From assembly GCF_009914755.1 (NCBI RefSeq), contig NC_060932.1: a stretch of DNA of 64,000 bases; one strand, given 5' to 3'. Shown here piece by piece: positions 34,309 through 47,837 of this stretch. The stretch comes from the human T2T-CHM13v2.0 reference genome, Homo sapiens. Position numbers and translations under genes: made by a program. Every line of letters begins with the position of its first letter. Position 1 is the first letter of the stretch. The notes under the pieces are model-generated. The model was not told the origin of the DNA, ran no database searches, and was given only the letters and a program-made list of their open reading frames with translations.

Positions 34309-34710
34309 TTACCCTATTTCTCACACTTCCCTTTTATAGCTAAATTTCTCAAAAAGATTGTCAGTATTTTTTCTTAATTGATCATCATCTCTTCAGAACA
34401 CAGACCACTCTTATTTTTTCTGCTTGCCCCACCTACTCACCAGTATCGCTCAGTAAGATTACCAGTGACATCCTAGGTGCTTATTGAATGAAAGTGATGT
34501 CCATTTTTAGCCCTCATCTTGAATTCTAGGGAGCATTGGCAAAGTGGACTACTTTTCCCCTAAAAGTCTTTTATATATTTTTTGTAACTCATTAAATGTT
34601 AGGATTATTCAGTATACTTAATCTTTTCTCACTGTCTCATCTGTTTCACTCCCATGGTTTTATTTGCCATCTATATTCTGTATTCTGACAAAAACTGTTT
34701 TTTTTTTTGA

Positions 34711-34896
<186 letters not shown>

Positions 34897-35459
34897 TGAC
34901 CAGGCTGATCTCAAACTCCTGGCCTCAAGTGATCTGCCCACCTCAGCTTCCTAAAGTGCTGGGATTATAGGCCTGAGCCCCCACTTCCAGCTAAGCAGTC
35001 TAGCTTTAATTGGTCTCCACTTCTGAACCAATGTGGATGCACCAGCAATGTTTTATACATCTAGTACTTACTAGTTAGTACTAGCAGTATTGTTTGAGCG
35101 TCAAGTACCATAATTGTAACACTTGGCTTGTTATATTATCCAATTAGATTCCTAGATCACATCTACGATATAGGTGGATGTAAATTAGGGAGAAACTAAG
35201 GCATATGGTCACATAGCCTGTAACAGAAACAGGAGTGGCACCTAATTTACCCTGGTTCTACAGCCCATTCCTAACCAGTACACTGTACTCACTGTACATG
35301 TCTTAGGCTTCTGTGAGCCTTGTAGTATTGAACACAGTAGATAATTCATTACTTACAGATGGTACTTTTTATTTAAGAAACAGTTCCAAGAAAGAGTGGT
35401 GTTTTGGGTGGTGGCTATGGTGTGGTTTGTAGATAAATTTTTCTATGTTTCCTTTTCAG

Positions 35460-35558
35460 ATTTAGATGGTGCTCTACTCTCGGGGCCAGATGGTGATAGG
35501 AATGTGAATGCAAATTTATTGGCTGAAGCTGGCACTAGTCAAGATGGAGGTGATGCTG
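35460..35558 (+). CDS. ZBTB10: ZBTB10 coding exon 3 ([34 protein letters not shown])
   Basis: Polypyrimidine tract and ttttcag|AT acceptor; donor GCTG|GTAGGT; 99 nt, phase 1-1, keeps the frame. Confidence 0.92.
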
Positions 35559-38500
35559 GTAGGTACAGTAAGATTTTAGCAACAGTACATTTAAGATTGG
35601 GAAGTGTTAACATCTTACCTGCAGCCTAGTGTAATTTCTCTTCCATAAGGGGGTTCTATTGTATATAACTACTTTCAATCTATGGTAGCTATGTTTATGA
35701 TGACTGGAAAATTGGTAAATGCAAATTGATGTTTCCGGTTTTGTATGTTTGACGGAGTCATTTGTTTAGTTTTAAAAACTCCTACATATAAAAAGTAATT
35801 GAGTTAATATGGCTTATGGCTTCCTGCTGGTATATAGATACGGAACGGAAATGGTAATTACGATAATGGTTGAATTTATTTTAATTAGTTTTTATGCAAA
35901 ATGATGGTGTAGTTAATGGCTATAGAAAATGTTGATTAGTTCTGTGTGATGTCAGCAGTGCATTGGAGGAAGCTTGATGAATATAAAAACAAAGAATCCA
36001 TGAGTATGTTATGAATAAAATAGAGTAAAAGAAAGTCATTCTTTACAGAAGAATGCCAAGCTGATAGAAGAATGATAGAATTGGAAAAATAGCTATTTTG
36101 CAATCCCCACAGGAAATAATTCAAAATCATCAGTGGATGTTAAGCCACCGTTAATGGGCTTGTCCCCCTATGATTGGGTGAAAGATTGTTGGGGAATATC
36201 ATATTCACATGGTCTCAAATTATTCCCATGGATTCCCATAGATGATTTCCACTTGCAAAGGGGAAAAGGTAAATTTACAATAAGGAGATCTGAGAAAGAT
36301 TGTCATAACTAAGTGATTAAACTTAGTGCCATTAAAAAGAGCACAAACCAAAATTAAGGGCTGGCTGATTTGATGTGCCACCTGGCATACAACATTTCCT
36401 ATGCAGTATTCTTGAGAAACTGTTTAGCTTGTATCTAATGACAAAGGAAAACCCAGACATTGATGTATACGACAGGTAGTCCAAACTCTAAAATGTTAAT
36501 GTTACGACAGACAAGTGGGGAAACCACTAGATTGAAGGAGACCAAGGAAGTAAACTAAAGTGCAGCATGGATCTTGATTAGATCATGGGAACAAAAAATG
36601 GCTAAAGAGGACATTTTGGGGCCAACTGGAAATTAGAATATGTAGTGTGTGTTAAGTGATATTCAGTTAATTTTAAATTTCTTATACGGTGGTTATCTAG
36701 GAGCATGTTCTAGAAGATGCATTTAGGCTTGAAGTTATGAGCATGCATGTTTCTAAATAGTGCATAGAAAGCATGTATGTGTGTACATAAAAACTTGACA
36801 AAACTAGTATTTGTTGAAGATAGATATGGATGTTTATTGATTGTTTCAATTTTATTAGCTTTGGAATTCTTTTCAAAGTTGGTGAGAACAGAGACAGTGA
36901 GGTACTTGTTACTAAGAGTAGTCGTGGGCTCTGAATTCAGTATGTACTGACCAAAATAAAACCACATTTCTAAAGAAACTGCCTTAAGGTGGTTTCCCCT
37001 GACTGTTTAAAAGAATTTACAAAACAAGTTTTGAAATTAGCAGTTTGTACGTCAGATGTCTTGAATTTTAAAGATTTTTTTGCTCGTACAGAAAGTTGCT
37101 AACCGCGCAAGAAGATGTTACTGCACTTGCTTTCTCAGTTTTGAAATCTAGTCCAAGAATGGGTTTAATTAGGGATATTTGAATTCATATGTAAAATTTT
37201 AAATTTGTAAACCTTTGATATAGGGTTATTCCTCTTAAAGGGGACATTTCGATTCATTAGTATTTTTGCATCTGAGATCAGCCTTTGCTTGATGATTTTG
37301 ATGTCAAAAACTTACATTGCTTTTTCCTTAGTTTTCTATTGTGGAATAATGTACCCAGAAGGATATTATTGATCAGTAAGCACCATTTTGAAGAGATCTA
37401 TAATGACCTTAATGATCCTTAAGTGTATTGAATTACAATGACAGTACCTTTATTTAGGCCACTCTTGTAATTCCTACAAGTATTCTCTGTTATAAGAATT
37501 AGGAGAGATGAAAGAAATTTGGGGCAAGGTTTACTTAATTTGAATTACCATTTTGTATTCCAGATAGAGTATTCATTCCTTGTTATCATGGATGTTGAAT
37601 CTTGGATTTTCAGTTTACAAATGGTTTTAGGGATATTCTTCTGTCTCCTTTTTCTTTTGAGATGGGGTCTCACTCTGTCACCCAGGCTGGCCTGAATCTC
37701 ATGGGCTCAAGCGATCCTCCCACAGCCTCTCAAATTACTGGGATGACAGGCACGAGCCACTGTGCCTGGCCTATTTCCTTATTCTTACATGTTGTGAATA
37801 ATATTTAATTGTAGATACTAGAACATCTAATGTGTCTTTTGGTACTAGTTTTCCAAGTATTTTGAGCAAGTCAGAAGTATGTATTGGCATTTGCTAGATA
37901 ACATTTATTCTACAAGTAATTGTAGGGCATGTGTCTTAAACAATAGAAAAACCAAGGCAAGTAAGATAGGCGCAGGAGTTTGTACTGATTTAGACAAGAA
38001 ATATGGATCATAAAGCTCAAACTTTGTTTAGAAATGTGAAACTAACAGTAGGTTGACCTCCACAGGCTACCACTTCCGTTCCATTCTTTATCCCTCACAC
38101 AGAAATGCTTCACTTTAGGATTCTTACAACTTACTCCCAAACACTAATTAGGTGCAGCTATAATGAGTTATAGTTGAATTTATGTAGCTATGGGTTCAGG
38201 GGGCTTTCTTTACATCAAAAACCGGTGACGGTATTCCAAGTACAGCACAGTTTACAGTAATAGTAATGATGTGCAGTTTTAAAATATTTTAGAGACATTT
38301 TTACTTTGTTGGGTATTAAGACTTTCACCAAAAAGGAATCTTAAGTTATCTTAATTTTTAAGAGGGACAGCATGTCTGAGAACATATATGGGAAGTGATT
38401 CTTAGGAAATCCATTTGGGTAAACATTCTTTACTTTTAAAACCGTGATGCCCATGGGAGGAAAATGTATTATTGCTGCTTGAGTGAACTGTATCTTGGCA

Positions 38501-39421
38501 AGGAGTGTTTTAGGCAGAGGAAAGCTTAAGCACTTTGAATTGGGAGCATGCTTATTATGGACGAGGAACAGAACAGAGGTCAGTATAGTTGGAATAGAGT
38601 GACTGAAAGGAAAGGGTGGTTGGAAGCCAGGGCTCCACCGGGTAAAGCTTTGGAGGATATTGAAAGTCTCTAGCTTTTACTGTAAGGGTGGGTAGTCTTT
38701 GCAGCCTTGTAAGCTGAGTGGTGACCTGACTTAAGGTAGTGTTTTAAAGAATCTTTGATTTCTCTGCTGAGAACAGACTCTAGGAAGGCAACAGTGGAAG
38801 TAGGGAGACAAGTTTTTGGTGGCTACTGAAGACAGTCCAGGGGCTAGAGCTCATGATTGATTGGATCAGGGTGGCAATAGTTGTGGAAGATTCTGGATAT
38901 ATATTCCTATTGCCAAAAGGTTCCTGGTCCAAGGAATTACATTAAAGATGGAATTAAATCCAGTGGATATAATTCCTGTCCTTGCTAATCTGAAGATCCT
39001 TAGGCACATGTATTATTCTATTTTGATTCTATCTTCTGCACGTTATTTTATTTAAGGATGGAGTTAGAAAGAAATTTCAGGGAACCCTGAGAGCATTCAG
39101 TTACCTTGCCCTAATATGTCTGAAACAAGGATCTAGTAATAGAACTTTACATTTTTAATTATCCTATATATATTCTTTATTCTTAGTCTATTTTTCTGTA
39201 CCAATTAATCTTAAAATTATGTGCCTGTCCTGGATTCGTAATAAGGAGAATATCCCATTTGATAGCTGGGCTTTAGGGTGATAAAATCTTAAGTGATAGA
39301 GTAGTTAGAAAAAGCAACTATTAGGAGTTCTGGTTTGAATATACCCATCCTTTAAAAGGGTAATTTCTTGTGGCGTCTGCACAATTAAATGATATTCATG
39401 TTTTTTTTCTCCCGCCCGCCA

Positions 39422-39478
<57 letters not shown>

Positions 39479-39984
39479 AGACATGATCCCACTGTGTCGC
39501 CCTGGCTGGAGTGCAGTGGCGCAATCTTGAATCACTGCAACTCCCGGGCTCAAATGATCTTCCCCAGTAGCTGGGACTGCAGGCACACACCACCATGCCC
39601 AGCTAATTTTTAAAATTTTTTTGTAGAGATGGAGATGGAGTTTCTCCATGTTGCCCAGGCTGGTTGCAAACTCCTGGGCTCAAGTGATCCTTCTGCCTCA
39701 GCCTCGCAAAGTGCTGGGATTATATGCATGAGCCACTGTGCCTGGCCCATGATTAATTTTTTTAACTGAATTTCTTCTACTATAGTTGAATGGTATTTTG
39801 TTTAATTGTGATAATAAAGTAGGAAGACATCTCAATTTTAGACTAAAATAACAGTTTTATTTAACTCATACTATGAAATTCTATCATAATGCCTGTAGGA
39901 TATAAATATAATTTCTGTTTTCTGACTCTGATGAGAGACAGATCTTTATTACCATTATTAATTCAGAATTTTTACTTGTACTAG

Positions 39985-40128
39985 GTACTTCACATGATTT
40001 CAAGTATGGTTTGATGCCTGGTCCTTCAAATGATTTCAAGTATGGATTGATACCAGGTACTTCAAATGATTTCAAGTATGGATTGATACCAGGTGCTTCA
40101 AATGATTTCAAGTATGGATTATTGCCAG
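39985..40128 (+). repeat. Coding tandem repeat, 36 bp x 4
   Basis: Units start at 39985, 40021, 40057 and 40093; invariant core atgatttcaagtatgg. Confidence 0.97.
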
Positions 40129-40161
40129 AATCTTGGCCAAAACAAGAAACCTGGGAAAATG
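39985..40161 (+). CDS. ZBTB10: ZBTB10 coding exon 4: four 12-aa repeats G(T/P/A)S(H/N)DFKYGL(M/I/L)P followed by [11 protein letters not shown]
   Basis: Acceptor ctag|GT; 177 nt, phase 1-1; only a GC donor (ATG|GCAAGT at 40162) keeps frame with exon 5. Confidence 0.9.
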
Positions 40162-40363
40162 GCAAGTATTAGTCAACTAAACAAATACAGAATTAATTAA
40201 ATAATTGTTAACAATTAAAAGCTTTCATGTTCTGCATTTTTTAAAAACCAAGTAGCAGTAGCTCCACATAATTGCTGTTCTCAGAGATAGAGATAAGAAG
40301 TTTTGATAGCAAGTTTTCTGTTTAATGTGTAATAAGCACTTTCTCTTTTTTTAATTCTCATAG

Positions 40364-40536
40364 GTGAATCATCTCTAATCATGAACAAGTTAAAATGCCC
40401 TCATTGTAGCTATGTAGCCAAATACAGACGAACACTAAAAAGGCACTTGCTCATTCACACAGGAGTGAGATCATTTAGCTGTGATATTTGTGGAAAACTG
40501 TTTACTCGAAGAGAACATGTAAAAAGACATTCCCTG
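40364..40536 (+). CDS. ZBTB10: ZBTB10 coding exon 5: C2H2 finger 1 and most of finger 2
   Basis: Acceptor catag|GT; [47 protein letters not shown]; consensus donor CTG|GTAAGT (phase 0). Not in the ORF track; read by hand. Confidence 0.95.
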
Positions 40537-40804
40537 GTAAGTAACTTTAAATACAGCTGATCTTTGAGATAAACTATATTTATGTCAGTGAAGTTTAAAG
40601 GGATTTAAACAGTTAATTGTGAATTTAAGGAAGATTGTCTCCTAAATTGCTTTAAACAGTTTGACTTTATGAACTGATAGTGAGCTTTTTACAGAGAAAC
40701 TGGTGTATTCACTCACTATTAAATGTGTGGTTTAATTTGAGTGGTTCAAATGCATTCTATTATATATAATATCCTTATATTGGATTTTTTCCCCCTCCAA
40801 TTAG

Positions 40805-41110
40805 GTGCATAAAAAGGATAAAAAATACAAATGTATGGTGTGTAAGAAGATCTTCATGTTAGCAGCCAGTGTTGGAATAAGACATGGATCTCGACGTTAT
40901 GGTGTTTGTGTAGACTGTGCAGATAAATCACAGCCAGGAGGGCAAGAAGGTGTAGATCAGGGACAGGATACAGAATTCCCTCGGGATGAAGAATACGAGG
41001 AGAATGAAGTAGGAGAAGCTGATGAAGAGCTAGTTGATGATGGAGAAGATCAGAATGATCCCTCTCGATGGGATGAATCAGGAGAAGTTTGTATGTCTCT
41101 AGATGATTAA
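40805..41110 (+). CDS. ZBTB10: ZBTB10 last coding exon: end of finger 2, atypical third Cys module, acidic tail, stop
   Basis: Acceptor ttag|GTG; [13 protein letters not shown]...CVDC...[18 protein letters not shown]...MSLDD then TAA. Exon lengths 972+889+99+177+173+306 = 2616 nt = 871 aa + stop. Confidence 0.95.
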
Positions 41111-44100
41111 CTGACCTACTATACTCCTCAAGGATGCTGCATTTGGACCTAATATGAATCGACAATTTGGATTGTTGAACTTGAAGGCTTGCAAAATATG
41201 GTACATGCTGGATAGTAGTTATGTTGCTGTGAAAACTGTAGGGTCAAAGCCTTATAGCAAAAAAAATTTTTTTTTATATTTGCACAGGACTATACAGCAA
41301 ACAACCATGTGGTTGGATTACATGGAGTCCCCACATACTCAGTCAGTTATCAAAGTAAAATATTTTTTATTTATAGGATATACAGTAACTATTTGGGTCC
41401 TATGAAAATAGTCCTTAAAGAGCTTACATTCATGTGCTACTTTAACATGAATGGAGAAAATCCGTTTATGGAAGTACAGTGACAATTGACCCAATCACTC
41501 TGTCCATCAAACCACTCAGGCTAGTTTGTACTAGTAGAGTTTTGTTTCTATTTTTATTTTTATTAATTTTATTTTTTTTAATACAGATTTTCAGTGAGGG
41601 GCTTTTTCAACCCCATTGGTTCTATTTTCTTGTATTTTTCCATTTAATTTGCTTCATAACTTAAACCAAGTCTCTTCTAGTCTTAGGTATTATTTCTCGA
41701 TTTTGTGCTGATGGGCATGTTTATAAGAACTGGAGAGGTAATTTATTGGAATGAACTAACTGACTTCCTCCATTCCCCTCTTCCTTTTTGACATGAATTT
41801 TACTACTTCACAAATGAAGAATGATGTTATGAAGTTACCGTGGCGAAGTTGACAAATACCACTAAAATGATTATGATTTAGAAGTAACTTTCTTCTGCTG
41901 CTCTAATCTGATAAATGGTTACTATATGATATTTTCTGACATGGTATTTGGTTTTGGGTATCTGTTACTTTGGCACTATTCTTGTTTGCCTCTTTATTTT
42001 TGCCAGTGTACTATACCTCAGTCCTATTTGAAAGACCTAATTGAAAGAAAAATCATAGAAATAAGTAAAATGATTTGTTTTATAATTTATCCACCATGTC
42101 CAGTTTGGTTAGCTTGTTATGCAATATAAGTGAAATATCAGGTTTTTACCCGTGTCCCTTTTATCATGAAAATTAACACAAAATGTGCATTCTCTTTTGT
42201 TTCATACTTAGCGGGATATTGATTGTTTTGAAATTATGATCAATACTTAATTTATTTTTTTCTGTCCTTGAAGTCACTACACCTTGATACAGTCTTTCTA
42301 GTAGTCACCATGATTCAACAGTCTCAAAAATCTTACAAATAAAATTCTGAGAAGCTTTATTATTCTATAAACTAAATTCTTCAGGGTACAAAGGGTGACA
42401 TATTGAGGTGAAATTGTCAGATTTACTTAGCCTGGTGACATGAATTAGCTGATTGTGGAACTCTCAGCAGCATTTCACGTATTGTTAACATGTATGGCAT
42501 TTATTAGCATATTGTATATTATATAAGATTGAGGGATGTCATATTTTCAGCTTTCTTTTAAATAAAAATTGAGTATATTTTCCTATTTTATATCAGGTAA
42601 CTAAATTATGCTAGTTATGTGGAAAAAATTGCAAAGATGCTTTGACAGATATAATCCCTTTGGTGCTCCATCTGATCAAAGTTGAAAAGTTGATGTTTTT
42701 TAAGAGACAAGCTTTATCATTGTCTCTGATTTCAGTAGAATAATGGTTTATTGTTAGACAATGATGTTTCTGCTTGGATAAATCAAAGATAAATTACAGT
42801 TACATGGTTAGATGCATCTTTTGTCATCTATATTGTAGTTTCTACATAACTGTAAACCTGACAGATAAGAATAGTTTCGGTTTGATTTTTGTTTAAAACA
42901 GATGAGTACTTCTTAATGTTCTAGACAAATGAGTAAAATGTATTTCTGGTAGAAATTAGTTGGGCAAAGATACTATGAATGAAAAAGTATTTTAAACGTA
43001 AAATGTTCTTTGTGAATATGTAAGTATAGTATAAAGATTTCTTTCATCCCATTTATCCCCTTCCTTTAAATAAACTAGTTTACAATTGGTAGATCTGTCT
43101 ATATATAAATATATATTAAAGAACAAAGATATATATCTAAAAATCACCTAAATCTGCTTTATTAGACTACAGTTCACTTATTGCATAGAAACTGGACTTG
43201 GCTTTACATTCTTAATGTACTTTTACTTTTCCTCAAGATATGAACTTACTCTCTTGAAGCTGAATTTTCTTTTACTACTTAAATCATTTATGTATATCTG
43301 GTAAATTATGACCAAATTTTTGTTAGATTGCATACAGTAAATTGAAATACACACTTGGTACACTACGGGATTGTTGTGCTTTTGTTTGGTTTTAGTTGGA
43401 AATAAGGTTTGATGTAGATGGCTTGTTACTGTTAATTTAAAATATTCTATAATTGTCCATTACTTTATGTTGTGTTGTGACAGATTTGGCTATATTTTTA
43501 GTCAATTGAAATATGATACTTTAAAAGTTTGTTTTTAGGTAATCCAAAGGAAAAGTGTTTATACTCTTGAATATATTAGCCTCAGCCTATATAAAAATTT
43601 CTTTGAAGTAAACATTTTACCGGAAACAGAATTGACAGATTTTTCTACTTGCTGACTGCCTAACTTATTTTGTTTCATGATCTCGAGGGACTGCCTTTTC
43701 CCATCTAGATCTTTTAAAAAAATAGTTTTAGTACTAAGGTATACTACTGGACATTTCTATTTTTTTAAGTGTATTCTTTTTCTGACTTACAGTAAAATTT
43801 CAGGAAGTTGATAGATACTAAGAACTTATGATTGGTCTCAGAGGTAACAATGAAATACTCATAATTTTGTCTGTGGAACTCTGGCAGAATTATGTTACAC
43901 ATTTGGCGAAGTTGTCTCTTGTAATTTATATTTTAAATGAAAAAGTATTTTAGAGCTTTTAATGAAGGGGAAGAGTATAAACTTTCTTTCATATTCACTC
44001 TGTAGTTACAGACCGTCTCATAAATCAAGATTGTGCATTATTAGAGTTCTCAGAGACAGATACTTCCATATGGACCCCTGTTCATTTTTCTTATTTACTA

Positions 44101-44639
44101 GATATTTTGCTAAATTTAGCACACTAGCAATTAAGAGTTTAAAAAAGAAGAAACGTTATAGGAAAGGGAAACTGAACAGTAATGAGTAGCTTTGAAATTG
44201 GGGAAAACACACTAGCTGGGTTAGGTACAGCTATCCTAATGGAGAAGAGTGAGCTAAATGCGTTAATTCATGTAAAGTGCTTAGAACACTGGTACATAAT
44301 AGGTGCATAACACATCTTAAAGTTGTTTAATAATAGATAAGAACCAAGAGGAAAAAGAAATAAGAAAAGATGGGGGAAAGGAAGGAGAAAATAGGAAATG
44401 AAAGGATTAGGACTTGGGCATTTATATTAATACAAAATGGTGTAAACGGCCTGAATATCACTGTAGTAGTATCATACGGGGGAAAGTGTGATGGAAAATA
44501 GGTTTAAAAATCTTAATTTTTAAAACTTTAGTAAGCTTTATTTATATTTTTTAGGATTTTCTGAACATAGCATGAAGGGTTTAGATTCATTTTTCTGAAA
44601 AACGATTAAAAAAACTACCAATTTTTTTTTTGAGTGCCC

Positions 44640-44815
44640 ACACTTGCCGTTGTGCTGTATACATGATTTTACCTTAATCCTCTATAAGGTAGGTGCTAAT
44701 TGTCTCCATTTTATAGATGAGGAAAGGCTCAGAGAAATTCAGAAACTTGGCTAATTTAACACAGCTGTGACAGAGCTCGAATTTGACCACGTCTGATTCT
44801 GAAGCCCATACTCTT
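44640..44815 (-). mobile_element. MIR SINE remnant in the 3' UTR
   Basis: MIR core 'ccattttatagatgaggaaa-ggctcagaga'. Confidence 0.7.
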
Positions 44816-47800
44816 TCAGGGAGGCTCTATTGCTGCCTCATTAAACAACTCTTGTAGAATTTCAGCTCTTAATGGAGTCTATGGATTTATATTTTTCCTA
44901 TAAGACAGCTGTGTTTAGAATTTTGAGTGTCTTTCCTCCCCCCAATAAATTTCCTTACTACTCTTTCTTCATAAAGCAGTTGTTTTGTCACTTTGACTAT
45001 ATTAAGACACATCAGTGTAGCACATGCTCTTAACTGGCTGTGGCATTTTAATTTTATAAAAGAATGGTTTTTATCTGAAGAACTAGATAGAAACCCCAGT
45101 TTTTGTGCCGTTCAGTCACCCAGATCCTTAAACTTAACTATGGTACATAATATCCACACTTAGAACTAACAGGTGTTTAGTCACTTTAGGACTTAAAATG
45201 GAAAGTTTTTTTTTTTTCCTGCTGTATCTCTGCTTTCAACTGAAGTTAAAGAATTCTAGATAGTTTAAAATGTGTTAGGGATAAGCACACTTCAAAAGAT
45301 GTTTTCTAGCCCTAAATTTTATGACATTGGGTACTTAAATTTGGAGTACACTAGCTATTGAGAACAATATTTTGGGTTGAGGAGAGATGGTTGAGGCCAT
45401 TATTTAGTGGGAGCATTGGCATTTTGAACACTGTAAACAAAAGAACACTTCCGCCTGCTGTTTGTAAAAGCTCTTTGGGAAGATCTTTTACGAAGACCAA
45501 CTTTTTAAAATGTAAATTACCTACCTAATATAAGTGTCCTAAGACATGTATGTAAACTTCCGGAACTGTTTTGTCTGTGTATTTAGAAAATACACAAGAA
45601 TCTTTATTCAAACCTAAAAATATAAACTTGTGAGCACTAAACTGCTTCTGGCTTTGTGAATTTTATTGACTGACATTTAATTCAGATTTCTTTGCAAGTG
45701 TACTAATTTAGACTAATTGGGGTAAGGGGAACACCTTAATGAACTTTGACTTATGTATAATTCAGATATCTTTGTACTTAAGGCTTACAAGTTTGAATTA
45801 TGGAATACTATAAGGGTTTTTTGTTTATTTGTATGTTTTTATATGAAAGTACATAAATGACAGACTACCTCCAAGTAATCCTGCTTTAATTAATAGCAGT
45901 GATTTGTAATCAGTGTATCTTTTAAGATTCTCTACAGGTTTTAGAAAATATTAAAAATTCCCTGTAATTTACATTTGTGCATAATCTTGGAAATGGGTTG
46001 AAAAGCAAAGGTAAACTGCTTCATCCCATGTTGTATATTTGTGGACTGATTGACTACAAGTGATGTGATGTTATAAATTTGAAGTCTTTGAAACTTTATT
46101 AATGTAGAGAAAACATAACTAGCTTTTTAGGTTATTTCAAAGTTAGTAATAGAGCAAAGGAAATCAGAACTGGCCAGATATTCAGACTTGACTTAGAAAA
46201 ACAGGAGTTTGTTGATTTTGTTTGGAGAAGGGCACAATAAAGGGGAGCCCACATAGCATTATAATGCCTAGTATCTTTAAACATGTAAAGAGCTATCATG
46301 AGGCAGAAGAATTAAGAAACTTTATATGTTTCTAAGGGGTCATGATTGGGACCATTGGCTCAAGATTGAAAATCGGTTTTTAATTATCCAAAGATGAAAT
46401 GGGGCTGCTTCAGAAAAAGGTCTACCACTGGAGATAACGCTATGAAAAGTGAAAGAGATTACTTAATCATTTTGACAAAGGCAGTATTGACCAGACATTT
46501 CTATTTCAGAGTTGGATTTGTGCTTAGTTTTTTTTAGGTGTTGGGACCCTTGTAGTTGCTTTTTATTTTGCTTAGTCAACAAACACTAAAATGATAAAAT
46601 TTGGTATGTATAAGTACTGGACGAAGGATGTTTTGACACTAAAAAGGACATAATTTAGGAAATTAAGAATTTAGACACCAAGTTTGGCTTAATAGAAAAA
46701 GTCACTATCTGAACTTCTTTCTTTTTCACCACAAATCACCGCAGACCAGTGTTTGGGAGCAGGTGTAGGAAATTGAATTATTGGATCTATGTTTAGGTAA
46801 GAAAACTAAAGGTACTTCAGAATTTAGGCTATGACATAACTGTCTTTCTGAAGTTTAAAGAAAGAAAGTGAACTATAGAAATCTATTCAGCTAATTAAAG
46901 TGAATGAAAAATATTACAGATTCCATAACTGCATGGCGCCTTACCTGCTATTAATACTGCCGCCTTACTGTCAGCCAGATGATTTTTTCCCACCACGGCC
47001 AGTCTTAAATTTGGCAATAAGAAAAAGCTAATCTTCCAAGTGTAAGTAGGTATGTGTTAGAATCTTGGTGAAAGATAAACACAAGACAGTCTTCTTGGCG
47101 CAGGTCCTAACAGTTGGTGAGATAATACATAAGATGGTTTCAGGATTATTGTAGAATTATTTAGGTTGAAAGAGACTGTAAGAGACTAATGAAGCATACC
47201 CAGAGAGGTTGCTACAGTGACTCCAGTCAGTTTTAGGACCCAGGACTCCTGAACTTCAATTTCAGTATTATTTTTCTGTACCAAACTCATTCAATAAATA
47301 CTTGAGATTAGGGATAAGTTTGAAGTTAGAAGATTCCAGAGTACACTCAAATAGTATTTGGCACATAGCTTGTTGATCAAAAGTATTTACTAAGTGAGTG
47401 ACAAAAGGCACTAGCAACTTTAAGGATTTTGCCTATTAGTATCATATGGCATGTAGCTATCAAGCCAGTTTCGTTTAGTTATTTTGTGTTGCCAAGCATA
47501 TGATACGTGGTGTCACACTGAGCCTTTGGGATCCTTTCCCTGGATACATAACCCTAGTAGATAATGTTACTGCAAGATGTAATGACCAAATCCAACCTAC
47601 TGCAAATGTTACTATGGAAATCTCAATGCAAAAGTAGCCTTTGTGATTTTTTTTTTAAACCGTCTCCATAACAGAACACTTAGAATTATTAGCCATTTGC
47701 TGCAAAGTATTTGTTTTAAAATGTCTGGCATATACACCACTAACATTTAAATGCCCAACATTCGGTCTATATGTGAAAAAACTAGAAGAAAAGCCCTGTT

Positions 47801-47831
47801 GGAGTTTTGATGTAGAGTGCAATAATACATC

Positions 47832-47837
47832 AATAAA
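47832..47837 (+). terminator. Probable distal polyadenylation signal
   Basis: AATAAA followed within about 20-70 nt by U/GU-rich tracts (tgttttagtt, tttttgtatttgt, tgttgggtttt). Confidence 0.6.

Noticed and set aside
35930-36880. Probable old L1M fragments (similar L1/L2-like patches at about 1190-1490, 30000-30700, 33780-34680, 38350-38900, 58880-59460)
   Set aside because: Too diverged to give defensible boundaries or subfamilies without RepeatMasker; ordinary background.
39884-40165. Minus-strand ORF with repeated [11 protein letters not shown]; the regular 36-bp spacing also superficially resembles a CRISPR array
   Set aside because: It is the antisense of the exon 4 coding repeat; the units are contiguous with no unique spacers, in a eukaryotic exon.
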